Shown in pieces: positions 17,475 to 28,381 of a stretch of 64,000 bases of DNA. The notes beneath the pieces were generated by a model. That model saw nothing but the letters and a program-made list of their open reading frames with translations, was not told the DNA's origin and made no database searches. Every line of letters starts with the position of its first letter. Position 1 is the first letter of the stretch. The stretch is from contig JANLPG010000095.1 of the NCBI GenBank assembly GCA_031367105.1, forward strand, positions 27,142 to 91,141, read 5' to 3'. The stretch comes from Gemmatimonadota bacterium (GTDB lineage: Bacteria; Gemmatimonadota; Gemmatimonadetes; Gemmatimonadales; GWC2-71-9). The translations under genes were made by a program, and so were the position numbers.

Positions 17475-18539
17475 GTGCCCGTGTCTGATCACCCCTCCTT
17501 GCAGTCCCTGCGTGACCGCCTCGCGGCGGTCGAGATCCTTGACGCCGCCTCGCTCGAGGCCGAGGAGATCGCGGTCCTCGGGCGGAAGCAGGGCGAACTC
17601 ACGCAGCAACTGAAGCGGCTTGCCACGCTCCCGATCGAGGAGCGGCGCGCCCTGGGCGCGGCGTTCAACCAGTTGAAGCTGGAATTCGAAACCGCCTTCG
17701 TGGCACGCCGACGCGTGCTGGATGGAGCGCTGCGGGCGCACGATCCTGCGATCACCGATCTCACGATGCCCGGTCGCTCGACCTGGGACGGTACCCGTCA
17801 TCCGGTGACGCTCGTGGTGGAGGAGATCGTCGCGATCTTCGCAGCGCTCGGCTTCTCGGTCGCGCTGGGGCCGGAAGTGGAGAGCGAGGCGCTGAACTTC
17901 GCCGCCCTGAACTTCCCGCCAGACCATCCGGCGATGGATTTGCACGACACCCTCTATCTCGACCCTGACGGGCACCACCGTCCCGTTGGTGATCGCCTGT
18001 TGCTGCGGACCCACACCTCGCCGGTTCAGATTCGCGTGATGCAAGCCGGTCCACCCCCGTATCGAGTGGTGATTCCCGGCATCGTCTATCGCAACGACCC
18101 CTTCGATCCATCGCACGCGCCTGCCTTCTCGCAGATCGAAGGACTTGCGGTGGATGAGGGAATGACCTTCGTCGATCTCAAGGCGACGCTGGCCCACTTT
18201 GCTCGAACATTTCTCGGCAGCAGCACGCGCGTGCGCTTCCGGCCCTCGTACTTTCCGTTCACCGAACCGTCTGCCGAGATGGACGTTGGCTGCGCGATTT
18301 GTGGAGGGGCGGGGTGCGGCGCCTGCAAGGGCAGTGGCTGGATGGAGATTCTCGGCTGCGGAATGGTGCACGAGAATGTCCTCCGCAATTGCAACATTGA
18401 CGCCGAGCGGTATACGGGTTTCGCCTTCGGGATGGGACCACAGCGCATCGCGATGCAGCGCTATGCCCTGCCAGACATCCGGCTGCTGTACGCCGGCGAT
18501 ATGCGCTTCCTGACGCAGTTCGGGAGGCTCGGTCGATGA
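17475..18539 (+). CDS. pheS: phenylalanine--tRNA ligase alpha subunit
   Basis: Class II aaRS motifs (...LRTHTSPVQIR..., FRPSYFPFTEPSAE, GFAFGMGPQRIAM). The start is placed at in-frame GTG 17475, downstream of the hairpin. 17400 is the longest alternative. Confidence 0.9.
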   Translation: MPVSDHPSLQSLRDRLAAVEILDAASLEAEEIAVLGRKQGELTQQLKRLATLPIEERRALGAAFNQLKLEFETAFVARRRVLDGALRAHDPAITDLTMPGRSTWDGTRHPVTLVVEEIVAIFAALGFSVALGPEVESEALNFAALNFPPDHPAMDLHDTLYLDPDGHHRPVGDRLLLRTHTSPVQIRVMQAGPPPYRVVIPGIVYRNDPFDPSHAPAFSQIEGLAVDEGMTFVDLKATLAHFARTFLGSSTRVRFRPSYFPFTEPSAEMDVGCAICGGAGCGACKGSGWMEILGCGMVHENVLRNCNIDAERYTGFAFGMGPQRIAMQRYALPDIRLLYAGDMRFLTQFGRLGR

Positions 18540-20914
18540 AGGTCTCCCGTCGTTGGCTCGAGGCGTTTCTCCGGCGCCCCCTCGATTCGGGCGATATCGC
18601 GGCGCGGCTCGCAATGCTCGGCGCCCCGGTGGATGCCATCGACCCGGTCGGCGCCGACCTGGGTGCCATTGTCGTCGCGCTGGTAACGGCGGTGCGCCCG
18701 CACCCGAACGCCGAGAAGCTTCGAGTCACGACCGTCGACGACGGGAGCGGCACGCTGTTCTCGGTGGTCTGCGGTGCGCCCAACGTGACCGCTGGGAGCA
18801 AGTATCCCTTTGCCCGGCTGGGCACGACGATGCCGAGTGGCGTGGTGATCGAGCGGCGCAAGTTGCGCGGCGAACCATCCGAAGGGATGTTGTGCTCGGC
18901 GCGCGAGCTTGGGCTCGGAAGCGATCACGATGGGCTCCTCACCCTCCACACCGATGCCGCTCCCGGCACCGCGCTGTCGACCGTACTGGATATTACGGAC
19001 GAACAGCTCGATATCGACGTCACCCCGAACCGTCCAGACCTGCTGAGCCACAAGGGCGTCGCGCGGGAACTCGCCACGTCGTACGGCATTCCGTTCCGCC
19101 TCCCGGAGATTCCGGAACTGGCCGATGTCGACTTGCCGCCGCCGGTGCGCTACGTCGACGAGGCGGTGGTCGGCGGGATTCGCCTCGCCATCGCCGACCC
19201 CGAGGGCTGCGGCCGTTTTCTTGCGGCCGTCATCCGCGGCGTCAAGGTGGGCCCCTCCCCGGAGTGGCTGCAGCGTCGGCTCGCCAGCGTCGGCGCGCGC
19301 TCGATCAACAACATCGTCGACGCCACGAATTACATCCTGCTCGAGCTGAACCAGCCGACCCACGCCTACGATGCGGCGACACTGCGCGGCCCGGCCATCA
19401 TCGCGCGGTCGGCTGGCCCCGGCGAATCCGTTGTGACCCTCGACGGTGTCCGTCGGGATCTTGCCGAAGGTGCGCTTGTCATCGCCGATGCCGAGCGCGT
19501 GATCGGCATTGCCGGAGTGATGGGAGGCCGTGAGACCGAGGTCACTGCGGGCACCACGGATGTCTTCCTCGAGTGCGCCTGGTTCGAGCCGTCACGCGTG
19601 CGCAAGACGCGACGCCTCGCGGGACTCGCCACCGAAGCGTCGCAGCGCTTTGAGCGCGGCACCGATCGCTGGGGTGCCGTCGATGCATTCCGCCGTTGCA
19701 TTCGGCTGATGCTCTCCGTGGCCGGCGGCACGGTCGATGGTCCAACCGTGGATTGTGTCCCCGTTCCGGCGTTCCCGCCGCGAATTTTTCTGCGTCCGTC
19801 ACGGGTGGCACAACTGCTCGGTGTCGACCTGCCGTGGATCGAAATCGAGAAGCATCTGGTCGCACTCGGCGCCACCGTGGTGCGCAAGCCCGACGACGAA
19901 CGGATTGCCGTGGATGTACCCGGATGGCGGCCCGACATCACCGCCGAGATCGATCTGATCGAGGAAATCGCCCGGTTCCACGGCTACGACAACATCCCGA
20001 CCGACCTGCGCCCGTTCCGCGCCAGCCAGCGACCGGACGACGCGGCCTGGGGGGCTGCCGCCCGGATGCGGATCGGGCTGGCTGGACTTGGACTCTCCGA
20101 AGTCGTGACGCTGCCGATGGTCCGTGATCCGGCGGCGCTCGCCCCGCGCCTGCTTAATCCGCTCTCGGTCGAACACGGGACGCTCCGGACAGCGCTGGTG
20201 CCCTCGCTCATCGGCCAGGTCGAGGCGAATTGGTCCAACCAGGTGGGCGACGTGCGGCTGTTCGAGGTAGGCACCGTCTTCGCAAACTCGAATCCGGGCG
20301 AACCACCACGCGAGGCGATGCACGCCGCATTCGTCGTGACGGGTGGTCGCCAGCCCGGCCATTGGACCGGGGCGGGGAAGTCGGTCCCCTGGGACGTCTG
20401 GGATGCCAAGATCGTCTTCGAGCACCTGGTTGCTCTGGCGCAACCTTCCGCACGGGTCCAAGTTGATGGGGGACAATGGATTGCCCGGGATCCTGAGGGG
20501 GACGCGGTTGGCTGGTGCGGCCCGGTTGCCGCGGATGCGCCGCCGTGGGCCACCGCGCTGTTTGCGGGTGAGGTCACAGTGGCAGAGCGCGCGGCGCAGG
20601 CAACTGCCTACCTGCCGGTGCCACCCTTCCCGTCCAGTGCCCGCGACCTCGCGCTCCTGGTGCCGCTGCGTCGACCGGTGGTCGACATTACCTCGCTGCT
20701 GACGGAGCGTGGGAGCCGGTTCGGACTGGAGTCCGTCAGCGTCGTGGATGAGTATCGTGGCAAGTCGTTGCCTGAGGGGGTGCGGAGTGTGGCCATCCGC
20801 CTCGTGTTCCGGGCTGCGGATCGGACCCTGACCGACACCGAGGTGGAGCAGGCCGTGCATCGCCTGCGGACTTCGCTGGAGCGTGAGCTTGACATCACCC
20901 TACGTTCGTCCTGA
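18536..20914 (+). CDS. pheT: phenylalanine--tRNA ligase beta subunit
   Basis: 792 aa with an N-terminal tRNA-binding domain (HPNAEKLRVTTVDDG), B3/4 and B5 regions and a C-terminal FDX-ACB-like domain. ATGA overlap with pheS. Confidence 0.93.
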   Translation: MKVSRRWLEAFLRRPLDSGDIAARLAMLGAPVDAIDPVGADLGAIVVALVTAVRPHPNAEKLRVTTVDDGSGTLFSVVCGAPNVTAGSKYPFARLGTTMPSGVVIERRKLRGEPSEGMLCSARELGLGSDHDGLLTLHTDAAPGTALSTVLDITDEQLDIDVTPNRPDLLSHKGVARELATSYGIPFRLPEIPELADVDLPPPVRYVDEAVVGGIRLAIADPEGCGRFLAAVIRGVKVGPSPEWLQRRLASVGARSINNIVDATNYILLELNQPTHAYDAATLRGPAIIARSAGPGESVVTLDGVRRDLAEGALVIADAERVIGIAGVMGGRETEVTAGTTDVFLECAWFEPSRVRKTRRLAGLATEASQRFERGTDRWGAVDAFRRCIRLMLSVAGGTVDGPTVDCVPVPAFPPRIFLRPSRVAQLLGVDLPWIEIEKHLVALGATVVRKPDDERIAVDVPGWRPDITAEIDLIEEIARFHGYDNIPTDLRPFRASQRPDDAAWGAAARMRIGLAGLGLSEVVTLPMVRDPAALAPRLLNPLSVEHGTLRTALVPSLIGQVEANWSNQVGDVRLFEVGTVFANSNPGEPPREAMHAAFVVTGGRQPGHWTGAGKSVPWDVWDAKIVFEHLVALAQPSARVQVDGGQWIARDPEGDAVGWCGPVAADAPPWATALFAGEVTVAERAAQATAYLPVPPFPSSARDLALLVPLRRPVVDITSLLTERGSRFGLESVSVVDEYRGKSLPEGVRSVAIRLVFRAADRTLTDTEVEQAVHRLRTSLERELDITLRSS

Positions 20915-21203
20915 TCGCGCGGCCGTCGGCGAGCTTGAGCGGGTGCTCCGGCACCTGACGGATGAGCTTGCCGGCTGGCGGCGTCGCTGCCTCAAGGCCG
21001 AGGGTGAATTGTCGGGGCTGAAGGCGACGGATGGAATGGTGCCTGGGGACGACGTGGTCCGGATGCGCGCCCATCTGCTCGATCTCGAACGCGCGAATCT
21101 GGATCTCCGTGCGCGGGTCGACCGGGCCCGTGAGGCGTTGCTCCGGATGCAGCAACGGTTGGCGTTTGTCGAGGGCGAATTCGAACCCGAGGTCCGCGCG
21201 TGA
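20883..21203 (+). CDS. hypothetical coiled-coil protein upstream of zapA (possible division-associated)
   Basis: 106-aa ORF rich in heptad-like Leu/Arg/Glu (LERANLDLRARVDRAREALLRMQQRLAFVEGE). ATGA-type overlap with zapA. Start uncertain: GTG 20883 overlaps pheT by 32 nt, and GTG 20943 is an alternative. Confidence 0.5.
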   Translation: MSLTSPYVRPDRAAVGELERVLRHLTDELAGWRRRCLKAEGELSGLKATDGMVPGDDVVRMRAHLLDLERANLDLRARVDRAREALLRMQQRLAFVEGEFEPEVRA

Positions 21204-21514
21204 GCGAGACGCCGAAGCACTCTGTCCGGGTGCAGGTTGGCGGCGAAGAGCTCCTGGTGCGCTCCGAACTGCCGCCGGAGTATACTCGGGAGGTCGCGGC
21301 GTACTTCGACGACGCCCTTCGACGCATTCGCGCGATGCTGCCGACGATCGAGGCGCACAAGGCCGCCATCCTCGCCGGACTTGCCGTGACGGATGAACTC
21401 TTCCGCGCGCGCCGCGCCGATCTCGACGTTGCGGCACGCGTCACCACGTTGTCCGAAGAAATGGCCCGCCTGCTGCCGCCTGCGAAGCGCGGGCAGCGCG
21501 TCGGCGCAGACTGA
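21200..21514 (+). CDS. zapA: cell division protein ZapA
   Basis: 104 aa with VRVQVGGEELLVRSELPPEYTREVAAYFDDALRRIR...AAILAGLAVTDELFR, matching the ZapA fold pattern. Confidence 0.8.
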   Translation: MSETPKHSVRVQVGGEELLVRSELPPEYTREVAAYFDDALRRIRAMLPTIEAHKAAILAGLAVTDELFRARRADLDVAARVTTLSEEMARLLPPAKRGQRVGAD

Positions 21515-21554
21515 CTGCAAGGCGACGCGCAAAGCGTCGCATGGAGCATAGATA

Positions 21555-23135
21555 ATGGACGTGACCCTCCTGGCCGCCGTGGGTGGCGGTGTGGCGCTGG
21601 GCATCCTGCTCGGCGCCTTTCTCTGGAATCTCTCGCTGGCCTCCAAGGGACGATCGGCACGCGCACTCGTCGCGGCGGCGGAGCACGAGGCGACCGAAGT
21701 CCGTGCGGTCGGGGAACGCGAGGCGATCATCGCCCGGGAGCGTCACCTCGTTGCGGCGCGAGAGGAAGCCCTGGGCCTCAAGGAAGAAGTCGCCCGCGAA
21801 GCCGCCCGTCGGCGGGAAGAGGTGGAACGCGCTGAGCGGCGCCTGAGCGAACGGGAATCGCAACTCGCCGAGCGGCAGGACCATCTGCGGGGCGAGGAGC
21901 GGGCGCTCGAGCAGCGCCGTGCCGACTTGGCTCGCTCCGAAGCGGGGCTGGTCGAGCGACGCGAGGCGCTCGTCCAGGAGCATCACGAACTGCAGCTTCG
22001 CCTCGAACACGTGGCGGGACTGACCGCCGAAGCAGCCGCGCGCGAAGTGCGCCAGCAGGTCGAAGACGAGGCGCGGACGCAGGCTGCCGCGGGCGCGCGG
22101 GAGATCAAGGAGAAGGCGCGCCGCGAGGCCGACAAGGAGGCGCGGCGACTCATCGCGATGAGCACCCAGCGGCTTGCCGCCGAACACACCGCCGAAACCA
22201 CCGTCTCCGCCGTCGCACTGCCGAGCGATGAGATGAAGGGCCGCATCATCGGCCGGGAAGGGCGCAACATTCGCGCTTTCGAACTCGCCACCGGGGTCGA
22301 TGTGATCATCGATGATACCCCGGATACGGTGGTCGTCTCCTGCTTCGACCCGATCCGTCGTGAAGTGGCGCGCCGCGCGCTGGAGTCGCTGGTCGCCGAC
22401 GGGAGAATTCATCCCGGGCGCATCGAGGAACTGGTCGCCAAGGCACGTGTGGAGCTGGACGGCCAGCTGGTCGAGCTCGGCGAACGCGCCGCATACGACG
22501 TTGGCGTTCACGGATTGCACCCCGAATTGATCAAGCTCGTCGGTCGGATGCGCTACCGGACCTCCTACGGCCAGAATATGTACGAACACTCGAAGGAAGT
22601 AGCGTGGATCGCCGGGATGATGGCCACCGAACTCCACCTCGATGTCGCGCTGGCACGTCGTGGTGGACTGCTGCACGATATGGGGAAAGTCCTGACGCAC
22701 GAACACGAAGGAACCCACGTTCAGCTCGGCGCGGAGATGGCCCGCAAGTACGGCGAGAGTGCGGCAGTGATCAACTGCATCGAGGCACACCACGATGACG
22801 TGGCCCACGAGAGCAGCGAGTCGGTGCTGGTGCAGGCCGCCGACGCCATCAGCGGCTCGCGCCCTGGCGCGCGGCGCGAGGCGTTCGAGAGTTACGTCAA
22901 GCGCCTGACCCGACTCGAGGAGATCGCGGGGGGCTATCCCGGGGTCGAGAAGACGACGGTGATCCAGGCAGGCCGGGAGGTTCGGGTCATCGTCGTACCG
23001 GAGCAGGTCAATGATGCCGAAGCCCAGCTGCTCTCTGAGACGATCGCGCGGCGCATCGAAAGTGAGCTCCAGTATCCGGGACAGATCCGGGTCACCGTGA
23101 TCCGGGAGACGCGCGCAACGGACGTGGCGAAGTGA
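21555..23135 (+). CDS. rny: ribonuclease Y
   Basis: 526 aa with an N-terminal TM helix, a long charged coiled coil, a KH domain ([15 protein letters not shown]) and an HD domain (LLHDMGK...EAHHDD). Confidence 0.95.
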   Translation: MDVTLLAAVGGGVALGILLGAFLWNLSLASKGRSARALVAAAEHEATEVRAVGEREAIIARERHLVAAREEALGLKEEVAREAARRREEVERAERRLSERESQLAERQDHLRGEERALEQRRADLARSEAGLVERREALVQEHHELQLRLEHVAGLTAEAAAREVRQQVEDEARTQAAAGAREIKEKARREADKEARRLIAMSTQRLAAEHTAETTVSAVALPSDEMKGRIIGREGRNIRAFELATGVDVIIDDTPDTVVVSCFDPIRREVARRALESLVADGRIHPGRIEELVAKARVELDGQLVELGERAAYDVGVHGLHPELIKLVGRMRYRTSYGQNMYEHSKEVAWIAGMMATELHLDVALARRGGLLHDMGKVLTHEHEGTHVQLGAEMARKYGESAAVINCIEAHHDDVAHESSESVLVQAADAISGSRPGARREAFESYVKRLTRLEEIAGGYPGVEKTTVIQAGREVRVIVVPEQVNDAEAQLLSETIARRIESELQYPGQIRVTVIRETRATDVAK

Positions 23136-24022
23136 GTGGCCGCCTGCTCGATGGGGTGGCGATCGGTGCCGGCATTCGCGCGGAAGTGGCCGAAGGTGCC
23201 GCCGGATTGCGTGCGCGGGGGGTCGTTCCAGGACTGGCCGTCGTGCTCGTGGGTGAAAACCCCGCCTCGCAGATCTACGTGCGATCCAAGGGGAAGGCCT
23301 GCACGGAAGCCGGGATGCTTTCCGAGACCGTCCGCTTGCCGATCGATACCCCCGAGCTCGAGTTACTGGCCGTCATCGACCGACTCAACGCCGATCCCCG
23401 GATTCACGGGATCCTCTGTCAGCTACCGGTGCCGCCCCATATCGACACTGATAAGGTGCTCCGGCGGATCGATCCCGCGAAGGATGTCGATGGCTTCCAT
23501 CCCGTCAACGTGGGCAAGCTGGTTCTGGGCGACCCCACGGCGTTCCGTCCGGCCACCCCATTCGGCATTCAGCAGCTCCTGCTGCGCTCAGGCACCGAGA
23601 CGCGCGGTGCCCACGCGGTGATCGTCGGACGCTCGACGATCGTGGGGCGCCCGATGGCTTCGCTGCTGCTGCAGTCGGGCCCTGGCGGGGACGCCACCGT
23701 CACCGTCGCGCACTCACGCACGCGCGATCTGCCGGCGATCTGTCGCTCCGCCGACATCCTGATCGTCGCGATCGGTCGGGCACACTTCATCGGCGCCGAT
23801 GCGGTGAAGCCCGGCGCGACGGTGATCGATGTCGGGATCAACCGGATCGCCGACGCGACCCGTCCCAGCGGGTACCGGGTGGTAGGCGACGTCGATTTCG
23901 ATGCGGTGGTCGACAGCGTGGCCGCCATCACCCCGGTACCGGGTGGGGTGGGTCCGATGACCATCGCGATGCTGCTCGTCAATACGCTGCAGGCGGCGAC
24001 CCTGCAGGCCGGGAGCCGATGA
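23132..24022 (+). CDS. folD: bifunctional methylenetetrahydrofolate dehydrogenase/cyclohydrolase
   Basis: 296 aa with [47 protein letters not shown] and [14 protein letters not shown]. Confidence 0.95.
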   Translation: MSGRLLDGVAIGAGIRAEVAEGAAGLRARGVVPGLAVVLVGENPASQIYVRSKGKACTEAGMLSETVRLPIDTPELELLAVIDRLNADPRIHGILCQLPVPPHIDTDKVLRRIDPAKDVDGFHPVNVGKLVLGDPTAFRPATPFGIQQLLLRSGTETRGAHAVIVGRSTIVGRPMASLLLQSGPGGDATVTVAHSRTRDLPAICRSADILIVAIGRAHFIGADAVKPGATVIDVGINRIADATRPSGYRVVGDVDFDAVVDSVAAITPVPGGVGPMTIAMLLVNTLQAATLQAGSR

Positions 24023-25278
24023 CGGCGGTCGACGAGGCCTGGAGCGTCACGCGCCTCGCCCGCACCATCAAGCGTCGGGTCGAGGACGACTTTCCCGCCG
24101 TCTGGGTAAAGGGCGAACTGGTCGGCGTGAAACGCTACCCGAGCGGGCACTGGTACTTCGGGCTGCGCGATGCCGAGGCGAAAGTCGATTGCACGATGTG
24201 GAAGTTTGCCGCGGCGCGGCTGAAGGGACCGCTGGAGGAAGGAACCCAGGTGTTTGTCCTCGGCACCGTAAATGTATGGGAAGAGCGCACCGCGCTTCGT
24301 TTCAATGTCACGCAGGTGCTGCCCGCCTCGGGTGTCGGTGCCCAGGCGCAGGCGGTGGAACAGATCAAGCAACGGCTGCTCGCCGATGGGCTGCTGGATC
24401 CCGCGCGCAAGCGACCGCTTCCCCCCTATGCCACTCGGATTGCGGTGGTGACGTCGATTGCGGGCGCTGCAGTACGGGATATCATCACCGTTGCCGCGCG
24501 ACGCTGGCCAAGCGTGGAACTCCTGGTGGTGAACAGCGCGGTGCAAGGCGACGGAGCGCCCGCGGAACTGGTCGAAGCCCTCGGCATCGTTTCCCGCCTG
24601 GAGCGCCTTGATTGCTGCATCGTCGGGCGGGGCGGCGGTTCGAAGGAGGATCTCGCCGCTTTCAACGACGAAGCGGTCTGCCGGGCGATCGCCGCCTGCC
24701 CCGTGCCGGTTATCAGCGCCGTTGGCCACGAGGTCGATGTGACGCTTGCCGATCTGGTGGCAGACCTTCGCGCGGCGACCCCGTCCCAGGCCGCCGAGTT
24801 CGCCCTGCCGGATCGGCACGATGTCGCCGCGCGAGTCGCCGCGCTGCGCAGCGCATTCCTCTCGGCGACCCGCGACCAGGTGACCACCAGGCAGCAGCGA
24901 CTGCAGCGTACCCGCGAGCGGATGGGGAGCGCGTTGCTCGAGCGCCTGCGCGGAGTCGAGCGCCGCCTCCTCACTGCTCGCGGCCGACTCGCACCGGCGC
25001 TCGCCCGTCACGCGCACCGTCCCGGAGTTCGCCTGGCACAACTCGAGGGGCGTATCGCCCCCGCGATGCAGCGGCGGCTCGAGCGCGCACGCGCGACCAT
25101 TGGACGATGTTCGGCGCAACTCGACGCCCTCTCTCCACTGGCCGTGCTCGGTCGAGGGTATGCCGTCCCCCGCGACGAGAACGGCACGGTGCTGCGTCGT
25201 ACCGCAAACTTTCCGCCCGGCACGGCATTCACCTTGAGCATTTCCGACGGCCGCGTGGCCGCTCGGGTGGAGGACTGA
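24019..25278 (+). CDS. xseA: exodeoxyribonuclease VII large subunit
   Basis: 419 aa with an N-terminal OB fold ([24 protein letters not shown]), [16 protein letters not shown] and [15 protein letters not shown]. Confidence 0.93.
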   Translation: MTAVDEAWSVTRLARTIKRRVEDDFPAVWVKGELVGVKRYPSGHWYFGLRDAEAKVDCTMWKFAAARLKGPLEEGTQVFVLGTVNVWEERTALRFNVTQVLPASGVGAQAQAVEQIKQRLLADGLLDPARKRPLPPYATRIAVVTSIAGAAVRDIITVAARRWPSVELLVVNSAVQGDGAPAELVEALGIVSRLERLDCCIVGRGGGSKEDLAAFNDEAVCRAIAACPVPVISAVGHEVDVTLADLVADLRAATPSQAAEFALPDRHDVAARVAALRSAFLSATRDQVTTRQQRLQRTRERMGSALLERLRGVERRLLTARGRLAPALARHAHRPGVRLAQLEGRIAPAMQRRLERARATIGRCSAQLDALSPLAVLGRGYAVPRDENGTVLRRTANFPPGTAFTLSISDGRVAARVED

Positions 25279-25508
25279 TGGCTGACACACCGACATCACT
25301 CGACCAGGACCTGCGGCGGCTGGAGGAGATCGTTCGCAAACTCGAGGACGACGATCTGGCCCTCGAATCGGCCTTGCAGCTCTTCGAGGAGGGCGTCGGC
25401 CGCCTCAAGGCAGCGCAAGCGCGGCTCGGCGAGGCAGAGACCCGGGTGATGCAGGTGCTGAAGGACGCCGAAACGGGCGAGCTCCGGACCGAACCACTCG
25501 ATGGCTGA
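25278..25508 (+). CDS. xseB: exodeoxyribonuclease VII small subunit
   Basis: 76 aa with LRRLEEIVRKLEDDDLALESALQLFEEGVGRLKAAQARL. The ATG overlaps the xseA TGA by 1 nt. Confidence 0.9.
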   Translation: MADTPTSLDQDLRRLEEIVRKLEDDDLALESALQLFEEGVGRLKAAQARLGEAETRVMQVLKDAETGELRTEPLDG

Positions 25509-26412
25509 ATCGTCGGAGGGCGATGCGATCGCCCTCCTCGCTGAAGCGCGGGATGTTGTCGATCGCGAGCTTGAAGCCTGTGCCACCCGAATGGCAGCCA
25601 CGATGGTGCCGCCACTCGGGGCAGCGCTTGCCTATGCCCTGCGCTCCCCCGGCAAACGGGTACGCCCCGCGCTGGTGTTGGCCGCGTATCGAGCCGCCGG
25701 TGGAACCTCTGGGGCCATCTCAGGCGTCGCGACTGCCGTCGAGATCGTGCACACCTACTCGCTGGTGCACGACGACCTCCCCTGTATGGACGACGACGAC
25801 CTCCGTCGAGGTCGGCCGACCACGCATCGCACCTTCGACGTCGCCACAGCGACTCGCGTCGGCTATCTCCTGGTCCCGGTCGCCGCCGAGGAACTCGCCC
25901 GGGCCGGGAAGGCACTCGGGCTCGCGCCGATTGCCGTCGGGCGGCTGGCGTCAGCGCTGTTCGAGGCCGGCGGGATCCGCGGTATGGTGGGAGGGCAGTG
26001 GCTGGATCTCGAGGCCGAGGGGCGCTCCCTCGACCTCCCGGAACTGATGGCTGTCCACCGGGGGAAGACGGGGGCACTGATCCGCGCCGCGGTGGTCCTC
26101 GGCGGACTTGCCGCGGGTGCGGGCGAGCAGGTCTTGCAAGCATTCGGGGCCTTCGGCGATGAAATCGGATTGGCCTTTCAGGTTGCGGATGACGTCCTCG
26201 ACGCCACGGGCACGTCGGAAGCCCTGGGCAAGACCGCTGGTCGCGATGCCGCGCTGGCCAAGTCCACCTACGTCGGCCTCCTTGGTGTCGAGGGGGCACG
26301 CCAGGCGGCGTCGAGACACGAGACCCTCGGCCTCCGCGCATTGCAGGCGACGGAGGTACCGCTGGGATCCCTGGCTGCTCTGGCACGGTATATTGTGACG
26401 AGATCATCGTGA
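25501..26412 (+). CDS. ispA: polyprenyl (farnesyl/geranylgeranyl) diphosphate synthase
   Basis: 303 aa with first DDxxD in LVHDDLPCMDDDDLRRG and second in FQVADDVLD. Sits in the classic xseB-ispA-dxs context. Confidence 0.9.
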   Translation: MAESSEGDAIALLAEARDVVDRELEACATRMAATMVPPLGAALAYALRSPGKRVRPALVLAAYRAAGGTSGAISGVATAVEIVHTYSLVHDDLPCMDDDDLRRGRPTTHRTFDVATATRVGYLLVPVAAEELARAGKALGLAPIAVGRLASALFEAGGIRGMVGGQWLDLEAEGRSLDLPELMAVHRGKTGALIRAAVVLGGLAAGAGEQVLQAFGAFGDEIGLAFQVADDVLDATGTSEALGKTAGRDAALAKSTYVGLLGVEGARQAASRHETLGLRALQATEVPLGSLAALARYIVTRSS

Positions 26413-28325
26413 CTTCCTCCGCTTCTGGAGCGACAGTGTCTTTGCTCGCCGGCATTCAGGACCCCGCCGACCTCAAAAAGCTCACCCGGGCGCAGCTCCC
26501 GCACTTGGCGCAGGAGATTCGCGACCGGCTGATCGACTGCGTCTCGGTGACGGGTGGCCATATCGGTGCCTCGCTCGGGGTGGTGGAGCTCACGATCGCC
26601 CTGCTGTACGAATTCGACTCCCCGACCGACAAAGTGGTCTGGGACGTCGGCCATCAGGCCTATGCCTGGAAGTTGCTTACCGGCCGTAACGACCGCTTCG
26701 AAACCCTCCGATCCGTCGACGGAATTTCCGGGTTCCTCAAGCGCGATGAGAGTGCGCACGATCAATTCGGAGCGGGGCACGCCGGCACGGCGATGTCGGC
26801 CGCGCTGGGGATGGCGACTGCCCGTGACCTCCACGGCGAACACAACAAGGTGATCGCCGTCGTAGGGGATGGCGCACTGACCTGCGGCCTCACCTACGAA
26901 GCGATGAACAACGCCGGCCACTCGGATCGCGACATTCTGTTGATCGTCAACGACAACGGAATGAGCATCTCACCCAACGTCGGCGGGATTTCCAAGATGC
27001 TCGGCGGCATCGTCGCCGATCCGCGGACCGACCGCGTGCGCGAGGCAGTGAAGAAGCTGACCTTCAAGCTCGGTGGGGTCTTCGGCGAGGGCGTCGTGCA
27101 CCTCGCGCGCAATGTCGAGGAGTCGGTCAAGAACCTCTTCTCGGAAGGGATGCTCTTCGAGGAACTGGGATTTCGATATTTCGGACCGATCGACGGGCAC
27201 GATCTCGACAAACTGTGCGACACCCTCGCCTTCGTCGGAAAGATGAAAGGACCGCGGGTGCTGCACGTGCTCACCGAGAAAGGGAAGGGCTTTTCCTTCG
27301 CCGAAGCGAATCGCGAGAAGTGGCACGGCCTCGCTGCCTACGACCCGAAGACCGGTGAGGCCCGGAAACTGCCGAGCGGTCCACCGACCTGGACCCAGGT
27401 GTTCGGTGACACGTTGGTCGCCCTCGCGGAGGAGTATCCCGAGTTCGTCGCGATTACGGCAGCGATGCCGGCCGGTACGGGGACCAATATCTTCCAGAAG
27501 GCGTACCCAGACCGCTTCTTCGATGTCGGAATCGCCGAAGGACACGCCGTCACCTTTGCTGGCGGGCTCGCGACGCAGGGCGTCCGGCCGGTGGTCGCCA
27601 TCTATTCGACCTTCTTGCAGCGCGCGTACGACAACATCATCCACGATATCGCGGTGCAGCGCCTGCCCGTGGTCTTCTGTATGGACCGGGCTGGACTGGT
27701 CGGCGAAGATGGCCAGACCCATATGGGGCTGTATGACATTTCCTATATGCTGGCGGTCCCCGGAATGACGGTGGCAGCGCCCAAGGATGCGGATGAGCTG
27801 GTGGGGTTGCTGCGCACCGCGTTGGTGCACGACGGCCCCTTCTCGCTCCGCTACCCGCGCGACAAGACGCCGATCGACCCCAATCCGGTGGCGAGCGTCC
27901 CGCCCGTCCCCTACGGCACCTGGGAGATGCTGCGCCCCGGCGGGGGGATCGCCATCGTCGGTACCGGCACGATGGCCCTGGCAGCACTCGAGGCTGCCCA
28001 CCAGCTTGCCGCGGACGGGATTGATGCCGCCGCGGTCAATGCGCGATTCATCAAACCGATGGATGAAACAATGCTCGCCGAACTGGCGGCGACTTGTCGT
28101 ATTCTCGTGACCTGCGAGGAGGGATCGGTCGTGAACGGCTTCGGGGCCAGCCTTGCCGCCCGTATGCAACTGACCCACCCCGAGGTGCGTGTCGTGGTCC
28201 TCGGCATTCCGGACGAGCTGGTGGTGCAAGCACCGCGGAGTGATCAGCTCGATCGTTATGGGTTGTCGCCGAGACGCATTGCGGCCTCGGCCCGCGCGGC
28301 CCTTACCTTTGCTGCGGTGCGCTGA
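26409..28325 (+). CDS. dxs: 1-deoxy-D-xylulose-5-phosphate synthase
   Basis: 638 aa with GGHIGASLGVVELT, GDGALTCGLTYEAMNNAG (ThDP motif) and AIAEGHAVTFAGGLA. Confidence 0.96.
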   Translation: MTSSASGATVSLLAGIQDPADLKKLTRAQLPHLAQEIRDRLIDCVSVTGGHIGASLGVVELTIALLYEFDSPTDKVVWDVGHQAYAWKLLTGRNDRFETLRSVDGISGFLKRDESAHDQFGAGHAGTAMSAALGMATARDLHGEHNKVIAVVGDGALTCGLTYEAMNNAGHSDRDILLIVNDNGMSISPNVGGISKMLGGIVADPRTDRVREAVKKLTFKLGGVFGEGVVHLARNVEESVKNLFSEGMLFEELGFRYFGPIDGHDLDKLCDTLAFVGKMKGPRVLHVLTEKGKGFSFAEANREKWHGLAAYDPKTGEARKLPSGPPTWTQVFGDTLVALAEEYPEFVAITAAMPAGTGTNIFQKAYPDRFFDVGIAEGHAVTFAGGLATQGVRPVVAIYSTFLQRAYDNIIHDIAVQRLPVVFCMDRAGLVGEDGQTHMGLYDISYMLAVPGMTVAAPKDADELVGLLRTALVHDGPFSLRYPRDKTPIDPNPVASVPPVPYGTWEMLRPGGGIAIVGTGTMALAALEAAHQLAADGIDAAAVNARFIKPMDETMLAELAATCRILVTCEEGSVVNGFGASLAARMQLTHPEVRVVVLGIPDELVVQAPRSDQLDRYGLSPRRIAASARAALTFAAVR

Positions 28326-28381
28326 GGCTCCCGCTGCGCATCGGACTCGTCGGCAACCCCCGCTACGCTGATCTCCGCGAA

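Noticed and set aside
16959-18614. 551-aa minus-strand ORF
   Set aside because: It is antisense to rplT and pheS, both confidently identified. Its composition is Arg/Gly/His/Pro-rich without motifs, so it is a shadow ORF.
21441-26455. Series of long minus-strand ORFs (21441..22808, 23569..25299, 25229..26455)
   Set aside because: They are antisense to rny, folD/xseA and ispA, all with clear motifs on the + strand. The minus-strand translations are Arg/Pro/Gly-rich without recognisable domains.
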